Virus record (IMG/VR): IMGVR_UViG_3300033067_000589
Coordinates: 22,058 to 86,057 of that record
Strand: one strand, 5' to 3'
Length of the DNA: 64,000 nucleotides
DNA from: a virus
Lineage: Duplodnaviria; Caudoviricetes
In this document: in pieces, positions 38,967 through 48,895 of the stretch
Layout of the letters: each line of letters starts with the position of its first letter
How positions within the stretch are numbered: position 1 is the stretch's first letter
Notes under the pieces: generated by a model
Seen by the model: the letters and a program-made list of their open reading frames with translations, nothing else
Database searches by the model: none
Told to the model about the DNA's origin: nothing
Made by a program: the position numbers and the translations under genes

Positions 38967-39485
38967 ATGATACGAAGAGATGATGGTAGGATTTCTTATT
39001 TAAACACTGAGCAGCGACTTGAAGAGTTAATGTGTCGAATAACCAGTAGCTTGATTATAGTAGCTACATTAAAGCAGATTAACGACTCTTGCTCTCCAAA
39101 TGCTCCTGATGTTTGGTTTCTAAATGAGAAGACTAATAAAGGTTTCTTTGCTTTCGATAAAGATGATAAAGTATCTCCTGATGATGGCTACGATATATTG
39201 GTTGGAAAAGATGGTAGGAGATATAAAAGAGTTGAAGTTGTTGATGATTTCTTTGGCTTATTTTATGGTGGCGAATATACTACATCTGCCACTGGGCAAA
39301 CCGTTGTTGTTATAAGTCATGGAACAGGTATTGACTCAAAAAGAATATCGGTTGAACCATCAAGTCCAGATGCTGCTGGCTTCTCAATGATCACAACCGA
39401 TACGGATAACATCTATGTACATTACGATGTTTCTCCTAGACTTGGAACGAATAATCTAAAATACTACTGGACTATTACACGATAG
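38967..39485 (+). CDS. Tail-associated protein with tailspike N-terminal-like motif (172 aa)
   Basis: DDGYDILVGKDGRRYKRV motif; C-terminal small beta domain. Confidence 0.5.
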   Translation: MIRRDDGRISYLNTEQRLEELMCRITSSLIIVATLKQINDSCSPNAPDVWFLNEKTNKGFFAFDKDDKVSPDDGYDILVGKDGRRYKRVEVVDDFFGLFYGGEYTTSATGQTVVVISHGTGIDSKRISVEPSSPDAAGFSMITTDTDNIYVHYDVSPRLGTNNLKYYWTITR

Positions 39486-39903
39486 ATGAGTCTATATATT
39501 CCAGAGCTTCTTCTTCTGTCTTGAATACATAGAAACCTACGTGTAACTTTCCCTTCATGTGAGGAATGAAGTCGCCTAGCCACAGCACTGTATTTACGTC
39601 ATCGACTTCTGTAACAAAAGTCCAATCTTCATAGTGTTGCGTGATGTACCTTTCTCTATCTATCTCTTCTGCAAAGGATAATTCCCTAACTGAGCCATCG
39701 CCATATATTGACGCTTTATATGCCATCAATGGTTTTCTTTGATAATAGTTTGGATCATACTTAGCTATATGTCTTTGCATTTCTGTTTGACGTGTAAACT
39801 CTTTTGCATAGTTATACGCTAGATACACGTGCTCTGAAACTTCAAACTTGTCAGACTTATTGGCTATGATAATTTTTAAAAACTCTAATGCTAATTCTTC
39901 CAT
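39475..39903 (-). CDS. Hypothetical protein (142 aa)
   Basis: ACACAAGT-ATG start context; convergent 11-nt overlap with the structural operon. Confidence 0.65.
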   Translation of the reverse strand: MEELALEFLKIIIANKSDKFEVSEHVYLAYNYAKEFTRQTEMQRHIAKYDPNYYQRKPLMAYKASIYGDGSVRELSFAEEIDRERYITQHYEDWTFVTEVDDVNTVLWLGDFIPHMKGKLHVGFYVFKTEEEALEYIDSSIV

Positions 39904-39923
39904 ACTTGTGTTTGTTTAATAAA

Positions 39924-40109
39924 TTAATTATTTTTTGTGTAAGGATTTAACTCCCAAGACATATCGTTGTAATCAATTCCCTTTTCATATCCAATTTGAA
40001 TCTTCTTTTTTTCGAGTAATTCTTGGTGATCAATATCTAAATCATTACTTATTGATAAGAGATAAATTACTGCACCTGTAATGTGGTTGTAAAGTCTGTA
40101 ATGTGTCAT
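39924..40109 (-). CDS. Hypothetical protein (61 aa)
   Basis: In operon; A-rich leader. Confidence 0.55.
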   Translation of the reverse strand: MTHYRLYNHITGAVIYLLSISNDLDIDHQELLEKKKIQIGYEKGIDYNDMSWELNPYTKNN

Positions 40110-40128
40110 TTTGATTTCATTTAATTGT

Positions 40129-40371
40129 TTAATATTCTACTTTTGATTTCCAGCAATTACAATCAATACATTTTTTAGTTACCCTATCTGACTTACACAT
40201 TACTATATCCACTTCAAGGTATATCTTCTCTTTTATTAACTTGTGATAGTCCATATAGGCACGATACGCAATAATATCCGTGAGGTCTAATTCTGGGAAC
40301 TTTTCCTTTAATGTAGCTAGGGATTTGTTTACCCTAGCTAGTTTTTGTTTTTTGCTTTTTGCTTTGCTCAT
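40129..40371 (-). CDS. Hypothetical basic protein (80 aa)
   Basis: ATG at 40371 (MSKAKSKKQKLARVNK); C-terminal CxxC-like segment. Confidence 0.55.
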   Translation of the reverse strand: MSKAKSKKQKLARVNKSLATLKEKFPELDLTDIIAYRAYMDYHKLIKEKIYLEVDIVMCKSDRVTKKCIDCNCWKSKVEY

Positions 40372-40507
40372 ACATTTTTTCTTTAAATTTACAGCTACCA
40401 ACGTAGCTCAAGAATGAACCATCTTCTTTATGGTCGATGTCAGGAAACTGTGAATCTATTTGGGCTAGGATTTTATCAACCCTAGCCGGTTTTTGTTTTT
40501 TACTCAT
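40334..40507 (-). CDS. Microprotein paralogous to the 40129 gene N-terminus (57 aa; not in the track)
   Basis: Hand translation MSKKQKPARVDKILAQIDSQFPDID...; ATGA-coupled to the upstream gene. Confidence 0.55.
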   Translation of the reverse strand: MSKKQKPARVDKILAQIDSQFPDIDHKEDGSFLSYVGSCKFKEKMYEQSKKQKTKTS

Positions 40508-40974
40508 GTTGGTTTGATAATAAATTCACTTACAGAGACGTGTGTTAAAAGGTCTATACCCCTATTTACCCTATATGTTTCTAGCAATGCAACAAAAGTA
40601 CCTATCTCTTCAAGTGGAAAAGCAACCGAGTGTCCTAAATCTAAATTGCTTACCATATCCCAGATGTACGCCTTAAAAGTATTGTGGTGCTTGTCTTTAT
40701 ACTTTTGAGCAGCTTTGACAATTATTTCCGGTAAATCACCAGACATATCGAACTCAACCATGATGTATTGGTCATCAATATCGTAAATAGATACACCATT
40801 ATCAATGAAGAATAACCTATCAAACTTGTCAAGGTTACTAACTATGACATTGGCTTTGTTTTTTACAATCTCAATCGAGCGTTGAGAATTACCGTGCTTA
40901 CCTTCTATAATCAAATCCCATTGCTTGAGAATGTCATAGATAATTGTTTGTGCGAATAGTTCGTGATACTGCAT
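40504..40974 (-). CDS. Hypothetical protein (156 aa)
   Basis: In operon. Confidence 0.6.
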   Translation of the reverse strand: MQYHELFAQTIIYDILKQWDLIIEGKHGNSQRSIEIVKNKANVIVSNLDKFDRLFFIDNGVSIYDIDDQYIMVEFDMSGDLPEIIVKAAQKYKDKHHNTFKAYIWDMVSNLDLGHSVAFPLEEIGTFVALLETYRVNRGIDLLTHVSVSEFIIKPT

Positions 40975-40986
40975 AGGCGACTTGTT

Positions 40987-41814
40987 TTAGATTACTAATT
41001 GATTACATTGATTAAAAACTTTTCTATCTACTCTATACTCCACATAAGAGTCTGGTGTTACATTTACAATAATAGCACCTAGTATTGGAAATTCATAATT
41101 TGTCATCTCCGATATTAGTCTTGCATATAAACCTAGTTGAACCGAATACTCACCATGGGCTGTGTCTAATAAGTAATCAAATGGTTTGTACATCAAATCA
41201 CTAAACCTAGTTACCTCAAACTTATCTGGTTTGTTTGTCTTCCAGTCGGTAATAACAAGTCCAGTATTGCCATCTTTACCTTGCATGACCCATAGCTTAT
41301 CTAACTGACCAAACATACCTATTTGCAAAGAACCCATCTCAATTTCAGTTCCAATAAGATATGCTCCTCTATCAATCATAGTACGCACCCATTGTTTACC
41401 TTGCTCTATCATTGCATCGGCTTCCAGTTGATACATATCTACATTTTCAAAGATTGGCTGCCTTACATCGGACTTGTGTGAGTATATTTCATTAAGGTAC
41501 TTTTCTAGGTGATAATGAACATAACTTCCTTTATGTGCTTGAAGTGTACCATTCGCAGCCCATTCTGCCATGAGTGCTTCGGCAAGAACCCTATCGCCCT
41601 TACACTTCCTGAGAGAGATGGTTTCTGCATCAAACTGCTTCTTGTATCTCTTGTAAACCTTAGACACACTGGGCAAGTCGGTAATGACCTGCCCAGTTGT
41701 TTTATTTAGTATAGAATACTTGTGTGTCTCTTCTTCAAATGTGAGTTGATTATCTTGTCTATACTTATCTATCAGTTGCCTGATGTAGTGCGCTGTACTT
41801 CCTTTATATTCCAT
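40987..41814 (-). CDS. PD-(D/E)XK exonuclease (Cas4/YqaJ-like)
   Basis: GTEIE...FGQLDKLW...ITDWKTN...QLGLY. Confidence 0.8.
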   Translation of the reverse strand: MEYKGSTAHYIRQLIDKYRQDNQLTFEEETHKYSILNKTTGQVITDLPSVSKVYKRYKKQFDAETISLRKCKGDRVLAEALMAEWAANGTLQAHKGSYVHYHLEKYLNEIYSHKSDVRQPIFENVDMYQLEADAMIEQGKQWVRTMIDRGAYLIGTEIEMGSLQIGMFGQLDKLWVMQGKDGNTGLVITDWKTNKPDKFEVTRFSDLMYKPFDYLLDTAHGEYSVQLGLYARLISEMTNYEFPILGAIIVNVTPDSYVEYRVDRKVFNQCNQLVI

Positions 41815-42328
41815 ACTTGATAATTAGTTTCTCTAAATCCTTATTAAACTTGATGACTGTCTTTGAGTCCATCTCATTGATACGTAATCCTAGCGCATAG
41901 AACATATCTGCGTAATCACTAATCTTGATGAACTGGTCAAGGGCCTCTGTCTTTTTCATTGCCTCGCGCTCTTCTGTCTCCATCTTGAGGTCGAAGTCTA
42001 TCTTGCCAATAAGCATCTTGAGTGCTGTGATAGCCTTTGTTTGTACCTCTAACTTAGTGGTTTTTGCTACCATAAGGATACTCATCATTTCTCTAGCTGC
42101 TGAACGGTACTGCTTGTACTTCTTGATGTCTTCCTTGGTAAAGGCGGACTTGTTAAATAAGTCGCCTATTAAATCAATCAATGGCTCTGTCGCCTTGATA
42201 ATGTCATCTCTTAATTCCGTTTGTGCCGGAATTAAATCTAAGTCTAGTATATCAACTGTCTTTTGCAAGATAGCATGATTAACGATTACTCTTTCGTGTT
42301 CTGATAGTGGTCTTTTAAAGTGACTCAT
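41804..42328 (-). CDS. Hypothetical helical protein (174 aa)
   Basis: ATG at 42328 overlaps the stop of the upstream gene (ATGA). Confidence 0.6.
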   Translation of the reverse strand: MSHFKRPLSEHERVIVNHAILQKTVDILDLDLIPAQTELRDDIIKATEPLIDLIGDLFNKSAFTKEDIKKYKQYRSAAREMMSILMVAKTTKLEVQTKAITALKMLIGKIDFDLKMETEEREAMKKTEALDQFIKISDYADMFYALGLRINEMDSKTVIKFNKDLEKLIIKYGI

Positions 42329-42882
42329 ACGTTTTGATTGTTTGATTGTTTTAATAATTGACAAATTGCATCGAATCCATCATAGACAGCATTAAGAGAA
42401 GGGTGACGTACCTTAACAAATGGTACATCTTCGTATTCCATATTCGATGGCATTTCTCTGTACGCAGTATATATATACTCAGGCTCATCGTTCACATTGT
42501 ATTCTAAACGTTCAAGCCACTCCATTTCATCTTCGTCCATTTCTCTACCATAATTATCTACGAATGAATCTTTAAATTCTCGTATGAGTTCTAATGTTCT
42601 TTCAGGGTCGAACCTATGAGATTCTTGAACGGAATGGATTTGTAATTTCCCATCCCAGTACATACTACTTACACCACTATCATTGTCGCCAGAAGGATGA
42701 AACTCTCTACAAAACACCCAGTTACCAAAGTCGCCAGTCACAGTCATTACACCGCAAGTATTGATAAATACCAATCTATACATATTGGTATCTGGTCTTT
42801 TGAACTCATGTATCAGTACACCATCTAACTGTGTAATTTTCAATTCGTGCTTACTAAAATCAACACTTGTCCTCTTTTTCAT
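42325..42882 (-). CDS. Hypothetical protein (185 aa)
   Basis: VTGDFGNWVF motif; A-rich leader. Confidence 0.6.
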   Translation of the reverse strand: MKKRTSVDFSKHELKITQLDGVLIHEFKRPDTNMYRLVFINTCGVMTVTGDFGNWVFCREFHPSGDNDSGVSSMYWDGKLQIHSVQESHRFDPERTLELIREFKDSFVDNYGREMDEDEMEWLERLEYNVNDEPEYIYTAYREMPSNMEYEDVPFVKVRHPSLNAVYDGFDAICQLLKQSNNQNV

Positions 42883-42887
42883 TTTGA

Positions 42888-43190
42888 TTATTTTGATTTA
42901 TTAGTTAAAGAAATTATTTTGTCATCATATATTTCCATTGTGGATTTTAGATATTCAATATTGCCACTTAATGTATTTAATTTTGACTCCGTGACATACC
43001 TAGCAGCACTAGCTAATTTGCCAGCCAGCTTTAATACTTCTTTTTGTTCATCTACCTTATCCATAAAAGCCTCTATCTTATCAATAGCATCTTGAAATCT
43101 AATCATATAGCCTTCATATTCACTTTCTTGATATACGTTTTTCATTCTTTCGTATATAAACTTCAAATTATCAATGTCTCTTTCTTCCAT
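42888..43190 (-). CDS. Hypothetical coiled-coil protein (100 aa)
   Basis: In operon. Confidence 0.6.
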   Translation of the reverse strand: MEERDIDNLKFIYERMKNVYQESEYEGYMIRFQDAIDKIEAFMDKVDEQKEVLKLAGKLASAARYVTESKLNTLSGNIEYLKSTMEIYDDKIISLTNKSK

Positions 43191-43195
43191 TTTGA

Positions 43196-44248
43196 TTATT
43201 TTAATTTAAGTTCTTGTTTTTTATTTACTGTTGCCTTTCCTGCATCTGCAAGGCCATGGAATAACACATCGTATGCAGCAGCGTAACTAATATCCTTGAT
43301 AGGATTCTGTAACATGAATCTAACTACATCTCTGGTCATCTCTATTGCTTTATCCAATTTCTCTGCATCTGTGAACTGAATTACTGGTGCTTCTTGTTGG
43401 ATCGGATTAGGAATGACTGGAGTAACAGGTACTACTGGTGGTATATGTACCGGAGGTGGCGGTGCTTGTACTTTTGCCTGAGATTCAAATGCGTTTACAG
43501 CTACCACTGGATTTTGCCTAATCTCTTCAAATCCAACAGCTTTAAATTGCTCTACAACAGGTGAAGGAGTTGCGACAGGTTGTGGTGTATTTTTTATCGC
43601 CTCTAAGTCTAACCTATGTTGCTCCTCTTGCTTTTTACGAAGCTCCTCCATATCGGACTTGTATTTTTCTTCCACTCTGGCAAGTATCTTGTCAAATACT
43701 TCTTGAGGAAGATTACCAAGTTGCTCTTCTGAGAAAGCGTGGTCTTGATTGTATGGAATTAGCAGAGCAATTCTTTGTTTACCCAACTCCATTTTTTCCT
43801 TAACACGTTGTTCTTCAATCCTTTCTTTTGTCTTTTCTTTTTCAGACAATTCAGCTTCGAGTGGCTTCCAGATGTTTTGGTAATCATTATCAATTTTCTT
43901 TAAATCAGCAATGATTTTTCTTTCATTCGCAATGGTAGCCTCAACTTCCTCAATCTTTTTCTTGATATTCTTTGTGAGCTTTATTCTGGTTTCCCTAGCT
44001 GCCAATCTAGCTTGCCTTGCTAGTTTCATACCAGATACATCATTCTCATCGGTAACAGCGATTGTCTCTACTGTCTTGCGCCATTTATCAGAGTCTTTCA
44101 TTATATCTTCAAACTCTTCAATAAGAGTGGTAATATCAATGAATCTATCTTCTGATTCAAATGTTTTAACCAAATCCCCTCTCGTTTCTGAGAGGGGTGC
44201 TTGTAAGTGGTCAATATTGATTACTTGTGTTTCCTTTTTCTTTGCCAT
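43196..44248 (-). CDS. Coiled-coil protein with Pro-rich linker (350 aa)
   Basis: E/K-rich heptads; PPPPVHIPPVVP linker. Confidence 0.6.
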   Translation of the reverse strand: MAKKKETQVINIDHLQAPLSETRGDLVKTFESEDRFIDITTLIEEFEDIMKDSDKWRKTVETIAVTDENDVSGMKLARQARLAARETRIKLTKNIKKKIEEVEATIANERKIIADLKKIDNDYQNIWKPLEAELSEKEKTKERIEEQRVKEKMELGKQRIALLIPYNQDHAFSEEQLGNLPQEVFDKILARVEEKYKSDMEELRKKQEEQHRLDLEAIKNTPQPVATPSPVVEQFKAVGFEEIRQNPVVAVNAFESQAKVQAPPPPVHIPPVVPVTPVIPNPIQQEAPVIQFTDAEKLDKAIEMTRDVVRFMLQNPIKDISYAAAYDVLFHGLADAGKATVNKKQELKLK

Positions 44249-44250
44249 AA

Positions 44251-44451
44251 TTAGATTGTTTTGTATTTGAATGTTTCGATTGCTTCTCTTTCTTTATCAG
44301 CCCTCATTTGTGCCAACCTAAACTCTGTCTTTCTTGCATGAAACACTTGCTCGTAAATATCATTCACGATAGCTGGTTGTAATTGTGGCTCTAGTTCTAA
44401 GATTCTTGCCACTACTTCTTCTACGAATTGTTTTTGCTGTTCTTGTGTCAT
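44251..44451 (-). CDS. Hypothetical protein (66 aa)
   Basis: In operon. Confidence 0.55.
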   Translation of the reverse strand: MTQEQQKQFVEEVVARILELEPQLQPAIVNDIYEQVFHARKTEFRLAQMRADKEREAIETFKYKTI

Positions 44452-44475
44452 TTGTTTGCTTGTTTATTATGTTAA

Positions 44476-45060
44476 TTAATTATTGAATAAATCCACTGGT
44501 TTTGGTTTTGATAATTCTTTTTGTGCTCTTTCTACACTAATCATCTCAACAAATGTATCGAAGTCTTCTTTGGACTTAAATGATATAAGAGAGAACTCGT
44601 TTTTTATGAATTGATTACTGTTTGAGATTGTAGACTCTGCGGTTAATACTAATACATATCCTTCTTCATCTACCATAAATTTAGCTTGAATATTATCGAA
44701 ACCTTTATGTACTGTGCTTCCATAATAAAAGTAAACATCGACCCATAATGGTTTATGTTGAATATCTTTCATGAGCTTATTCACATTATTCTCTTTGGCA
44801 ATCTTTGTCCACTCTTCATACTTTTCTCCAATGCCTTTTAGAATCTCTATAAACTCCTGATGTCTTGATTGTTTAATCGCGTAGATAGACTTACTCATAT
44901 CTTTGTTGTAAACTTCAAAACACATAAGGTATCCCTTCCTATCCTCCTCAAGAGTCACCTCCATTTGGCCCTTATATAAAGGGTCATTATAGATTGCGTG
45001 CTGAGAAAAAGAAGTGAATGATAATAAGAATAAGGCGATTGTTAAAATTTGATTTTTCAT
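44476..45060 (-). CDS. Exported protein with Sec signal peptide (194 aa)
   Basis: MKNQILTIALFLLSFTSFSQ, a typical Bacteroidota signal peptide with Gln at +1. Confidence 0.65.
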   Translation of the reverse strand: MKNQILTIALFLLSFTSFSQHAIYNDPLYKGQMEVTLEEDRKGYLMCFEVYNKDMSKSIYAIKQSRHQEFIEILKGIGEKYEEWTKIAKENNVNKLMKDIQHKPLWVDVYFYYGSTVHKGFDNIQAKFMVDEEGYVLVLTAESTISNSNQFIKNEFSLISFKSKEDFDTFVEMISVERAQKELSKPKPVDLFNN

Positions 45061-45080
45061 TTTTACTTTGTGTTTAATTA

Positions 45081-45305
45081 TTAATAAATACGATTGAATT
45101 TTACTGAGTAGTACACCATGTGGTCTTCATAAAATAGGCAACCTTTGATGGCTGAGTCTAATATCCATTTATGGTCTTCTTCTGTTGGTTCTGGAAGCCC
45201 CATTCTATGCCAAGATTCTATTGTCTCTTTCCTCAATTCACTTGCAAACGATACCTTCTTTTCTTTTGGTAAATCTTTCCACTCGAATAATTTTACGTTT
45301 CTCAT
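45081..45305 (-). CDS. Hypothetical protein (74 aa)
   Basis: ACAAGT-ATG start context. Confidence 0.55.
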   Translation of the reverse strand: MRNVKLFEWKDLPKEKKVSFASELRKETIESWHRMGLPEPTEEDHKWILDSAIKGCLFYEDHMVYYSVKFNRIY

Positions 45306-45313
45306 ACTTGTTT

Positions 45314-45583
45314 TTACTGTTTGATATAAATTTTAGTTGTTTGTTTACTTATTTCTAATCCAAAGTTAGGACTGGGAGATATTAGTCCTTGATACCTTAA
45401 TCTCCCAATCTCTATCTGGTTACGCATCCAACCTCCCGATACCCTATATGTTTTACTGGATTGACCATCTAGTATTTCATATTCCACTGATTCGCCTTTT
45501 GCTTCCACAAAAGATTCAGACATCACAAAGAATAGTTTACTATCTTTTGTATCCAGTAAAACATCGCCACATCTAATTACCAT
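45314..45583 (-). CDS. Hypothetical protein (89 aa)
   Basis: In operon. Confidence 0.55.
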   Translation of the reverse strand: MVIRCGDVLLDTKDSKLFFVMSESFVEAKGESVEYEILDGQSSKTYRVSGGWMRNQIEIGRLRYQGLISPSPNFGLEISKQTTKIYIKQ

Positions 45584-45906
45584 GACTTAACTTCTATACC
45601 CGAAAATGGATTACTTTCTACTAAATCAAGATGTGTGCCTTTGTGAACCTTGCTTTTTAGGTAAGCACCGAGTCCTTTAATCATCACACCTTGCTTGCCA
45701 ATAAGTAATCCCGGATAAGACAATTCAATTCTGAGTATAACTCTATCTGAATGGGGTATAGCTGTTACGCTATGTATCCCAAATGTTCTCCACATTATAT
45801 TATGATGCGAAAAGTAATTGAGCAACTCTTGTTTGTATTTCTCTGTAAGTTCTGGAGAGTGCATCTCCACCAATGGTGTTTCTTTTTTCTTGAATAAATT
45901 AAACAT
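45577..45906 (-). CDS. Type II KH-domain RNA-binding protein (ribosomal protein S3 N-domain-like)
   Basis: VILRIELSYPGLLIGKQGVMIKGL matches the S3-type ..I....PG..IGK.G..I..L GxxG loop. Confidence 0.7.
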   Translation of the reverse strand: MFNLFKKKETPLVEMHSPELTEKYKQELLNYFSHHNIMWRTFGIHSVTAIPHSDRVILRIELSYPGLLIGKQGVMIKGLGAYLKSKVHKGTHLDLVESNPFSGIEVKSW

Positions 45907-45930
45907 AATAATTGTTTTTGAGTAAAATAA

Positions 45931-46131
45931 TTAAGACAACGATTCTAGCAACTTCTCATGAACAAAACATGAGTCTTGATTTAATTCATCTAGCTCTTCA
46001 TCTGACAAGGGAACGCCATTGATTTCCGCATGAGATATAAAAGCATCTGAATAATCTGGGTGGTCGTTTTTATCCACGTTCTCGAATACGATGTTGTTAA
46101 TCATTTTTGTGTTTAATTTTGAATTTTGCAT
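45931..46131 (-). CDS. Small acidic phage protein
   Basis: DHPDYSDAFIS.A...G..L.DEEL motif; true start may be 46104. Confidence 0.6.
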   Translation of the reverse strand: MQNSKLNTKMINNIVFENVDKNDHPDYSDAFISHAEINGVPLSDEELDELNQDSCFVHEKLLESLS

Positions 46132-46146
46132 AATAATTAATTGTTT

Positions 46147-48069
46147 TTACCAAGGTTCACCATCAATAACCTCGTTTGGAATTTGATAATCTATTTTTCT
46201 CTCTGATTCAAAACTAGCAATCGCCTCAGATGGTGTGATGACTTTTACTGTTTGCTCTTCTTTAGATGAGCCGTACATAATATTCCATGCCTGCTCTAGT
46301 GGATTAAATCCGAACTCATCAAAATATCTACTTGACTTTCTATCGTAATTGAATATAGTAACACCGGGGATACCTACCAATTTTTGTTTCTTAATTTTAA
46401 GAGAGTGTATCTCAAAGGTGGTATCTTCTGGTGCTGACTTTTGCTTTGGTCTTCTGCCTGACAAGAAGTTATCTACCTTAGCCGACCATATTGCTCCACC
46501 AGATAAGTCCATGAAGTGAATAACTGGATACTCTCCATCTTTATCTACTCGTACACTTTTTGGGTGTGTGATGATGTGATAATATATATTATTTTCTCGC
46601 GCAAACCGAGTTCTGATTGCTAAGAAGTTACCTATATAAATATCATCTCTACCGTCATATTGGTGAGTAAGCTGATTGAATGGGTCAAGTATAACGCCAC
46701 CAACACCAAACTCCTTGATACAATACAAGAAGTTGGCTTCTAACTCCTCAACTGTGTGAGCGGTTTCTGGATAAATAAAGAAGAAATGCTCATTGATGAA
46801 TTTAGCTGCCACCTCATATTCTTCTAGCGTAGCAAAGTTACCATATTTTTTAGATTCTGGATCGACAGACTTGCCAATTAACATCTCAATCAATGTGTCA
46901 TAAAACTCAATAGATGGATAGTTCTCTGGTGAGAATATCGCCCATTTAGTTCCTACCATTACTGATTGGATAAGATACAGTTGCATTACAAATGTTGTCT
47001 TACCGCTATTACCCATACCTGATACAATCGTGAGTTCTTTCTTCTTGAATGTAAAGTGAGGGTCAAGCGTTGGAAAGAATGTAGTCGTACCACGCTCTTT
47101 CCCTTCGTAATACTGCCTTTTCATCTCACCCCAGTTATCCATCAATCTAATGACTGCATTGTTAGTAGGATTCTTTTCAGCAACCTCTGGCTCTGCATCA
47201 TATATAGGTTTCTCTTTACCAGACAGGATTGAATCGTGCAAAGCCCTAAGTTCTATCTTGTAATCTTCTCCATCAAATAATGTAATTACAGCGTTCTCGA
47301 TAAGATATAAATCTTTTTCAAGGATTTTGCCTGATGCCATAAATCCACCACACAACATACCAGCTTTTAATACCGTATTGTGGCGACTTCCTACTTGTGC
47401 ATTTCTAATCAACTCTACTACACGTTGAATAGCCTTGTAGTCTGACCAGTTACCGCCACCAGCAGGTGCAATAAACGATGGTCTAGCTACATCTTTCTCT
47501 TTTTCATACAAGAAATGTTCCCATATTGTAGCATCTTCATTAAGATATAAATCTGGGTCATAACTCTCAAAGCATAACCTAGATTCATTGATACCAGATG
47601 GATCTACTCCACTCCATCCATCTTTGGTAAAGAAATCTGCAAGACCTAAGAAATGCCCTCTGTGCCCTTCTTTTTTTGGAGGTATCTTTACTATTACCTT
47701 TACGCCATTCTCACTAGGAGAGATAAAAGCTATGTACACAAATGGTAATTCCTTTAACTTCTCTTTGAACTCATAAGGAGTAAGACCTCCAAGTTGCAAT
47801 TCATCAAAATCAAGAACAATTAAACCTGAGTGCGTAACCAATCCAGAGTCTTCTGGGTACATAAATTCACCAGATACACGATAGCCCGGAAGTGTATACT
47901 TTATTGCATTGATTTCTTTTTTATTTGCACCATTAGCAATGAGGCTTCTAATTTGATTTACCTTATTTACTGTCTTTGGTACACCATTCTTAATTCTCTT
48001 GATTAATGTCTGTATTGGCAAGATGTGAGGATCTTTATTCCATACACCATTATAGATAGTTACATTCAT
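46147..48069 (-). CDS. Primase-helicase fusion (BT4734/VirE-N AEP-like + SF4 DnaB/Twinkle-like helicase)
   Basis: HSGLIVLDFD...FISPSENGVK; GSRHN PriCT-like segment; Walker A SGMGNSGKT; Walker B VILDP. Confidence 0.85.
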   Translation of the reverse strand: MNVTIYNGVWNKDPHILPIQTLIKRIKNGVPKTVNKVNQIRSLIANGANKKEINAIKYTLPGYRVSGEFMYPEDSGLVTHSGLIVLDFDELQLGGLTPYEFKEKLKELPFVYIAFISPSENGVKVIVKIPPKKEGHRGHFLGLADFFTKDGWSGVDPSGINESRLCFESYDPDLYLNEDATIWEHFLYEKEKDVARPSFIAPAGGGNWSDYKAIQRVVELIRNAQVGSRHNTVLKAGMLCGGFMASGKILEKDLYLIENAVITLFDGEDYKIELRALHDSILSGKEKPIYDAEPEVAEKNPTNNAVIRLMDNWGEMKRQYYEGKERGTTTFFPTLDPHFTFKKKELTIVSGMGNSGKTTFVMQLYLIQSVMVGTKWAIFSPENYPSIEFYDTLIEMLIGKSVDPESKKYGNFATLEEYEVAAKFINEHFFFIYPETAHTVEELEANFLYCIKEFGVGGVILDPFNQLTHQYDGRDDIYIGNFLAIRTRFARENNIYYHIITHPKSVRVDKDGEYPVIHFMDLSGGAIWSAKVDNFLSGRRPKQKSAPEDTTFEIHSLKIKKQKLVGIPGVTIFNYDRKSSRYFDEFGFNPLEQAWNIMYGSSKEEQTVKVITPSEAIASFESERKIDYQIPNEVIDGEPW

Positions 48070-48449
48070 AAATTAGTCTTAGTTACTTTTGTTTCAAAAA
48101 CGATAGATAAGAAAGTTCCAGCCCACACTTCGCACTTTGTAATATAGTCGTGAAATTCTCTTCTTGTCATTTCTGACGTTCTTTTTACTCGATACGTATC
48201 ATCATCGCACAAATGCTTTGAGAATTGAGTTAGCAGAAATTCATGCACCTCATCTTTCTCATGGCCAGTCTCTTGCGATATTGAATCAACAACCACTCCC
48301 CAATAATAAGGGAGTTGGTTGTCGTTTCTATCTCCAGAGCAAAGAACTACTTTTGTTATCTCACTACCAAACACCTCGATAATGTCCGACAGCATCTTTC
48401 TATCACTCGCTTTCGAGCCATTGATATTTACAGAGATAACTTCTTTCAT
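48066..48449 (-). CDS. NinB-like recombination protein
   Basis: RNDNQLPYYWG...EVHEFL...RTSEMTRREFHDYI. Confidence 0.65.
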   Translation of the reverse strand: MKEVISVNINGSKASDRKMLSDIIEVFGSEITKVVLCSGDRNDNQLPYYWGVVVDSISQETGHEKDEVHEFLLTQFSKHLCDDDTYRVKRTSEMTRREFHDYITKCEVWAGTFLSIVFETKVTKTNL

Positions 48450-48895
48450 TACTTGATAGTAGCTTTAATTACATCGCTAGTCTTTTTTACTGGAGGATAT
48501 ACTCTTGTAAACTCTCCAGTCTCCTCATCAATTTCGGTCTTACCTGTTGATGGTAATCCTTTTAAGAAAGCCTCTCTCTCTTTCAGTTGGCGATTTAATT
48601 CAACCCATTTAGCATCATTGCTATAATCATAGCGTGATGTAGTTGAATAAGCAATTTCCATGTTACCATATCCTGCTTTGTTCCCATCTTGTTTAAGAAG
48701 TTCATTGACAAGAGATTCCTTAAAGGACTTATCTTCTATGATGGCTTCGGTAAACTTCCCTACCTTTTTGAGTTGTGCAATTACTGCAATAGGAGAAGTA
48801 TAACCTTCTGTTACTCTCCTTACGATAGTTTTAGCTGCAATAGTTAAATCTTCTTTTGTTGCAGTTACGATTGAATTTAGATTAGTAAGTTCCAT
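48449..48895 (-). CDS. Hypothetical protein (148 aa)
   Basis: Between the SSB-like and NinB-like genes; YDYSND...LKEREAFLK. Confidence 0.6.
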   Translation of the reverse strand: MELTNLNSIVTATKEDLTIAAKTIVRRVTEGYTSPIAVIAQLKKVGKFTEAIIEDKSFKESLVNELLKQDGNKAGYGNMEIAYSTTSRYDYSNDAKWVELNRQLKEREAFLKGLPSTGKTEIDEETGEFTRVYPPVKKTSDVIKATIK

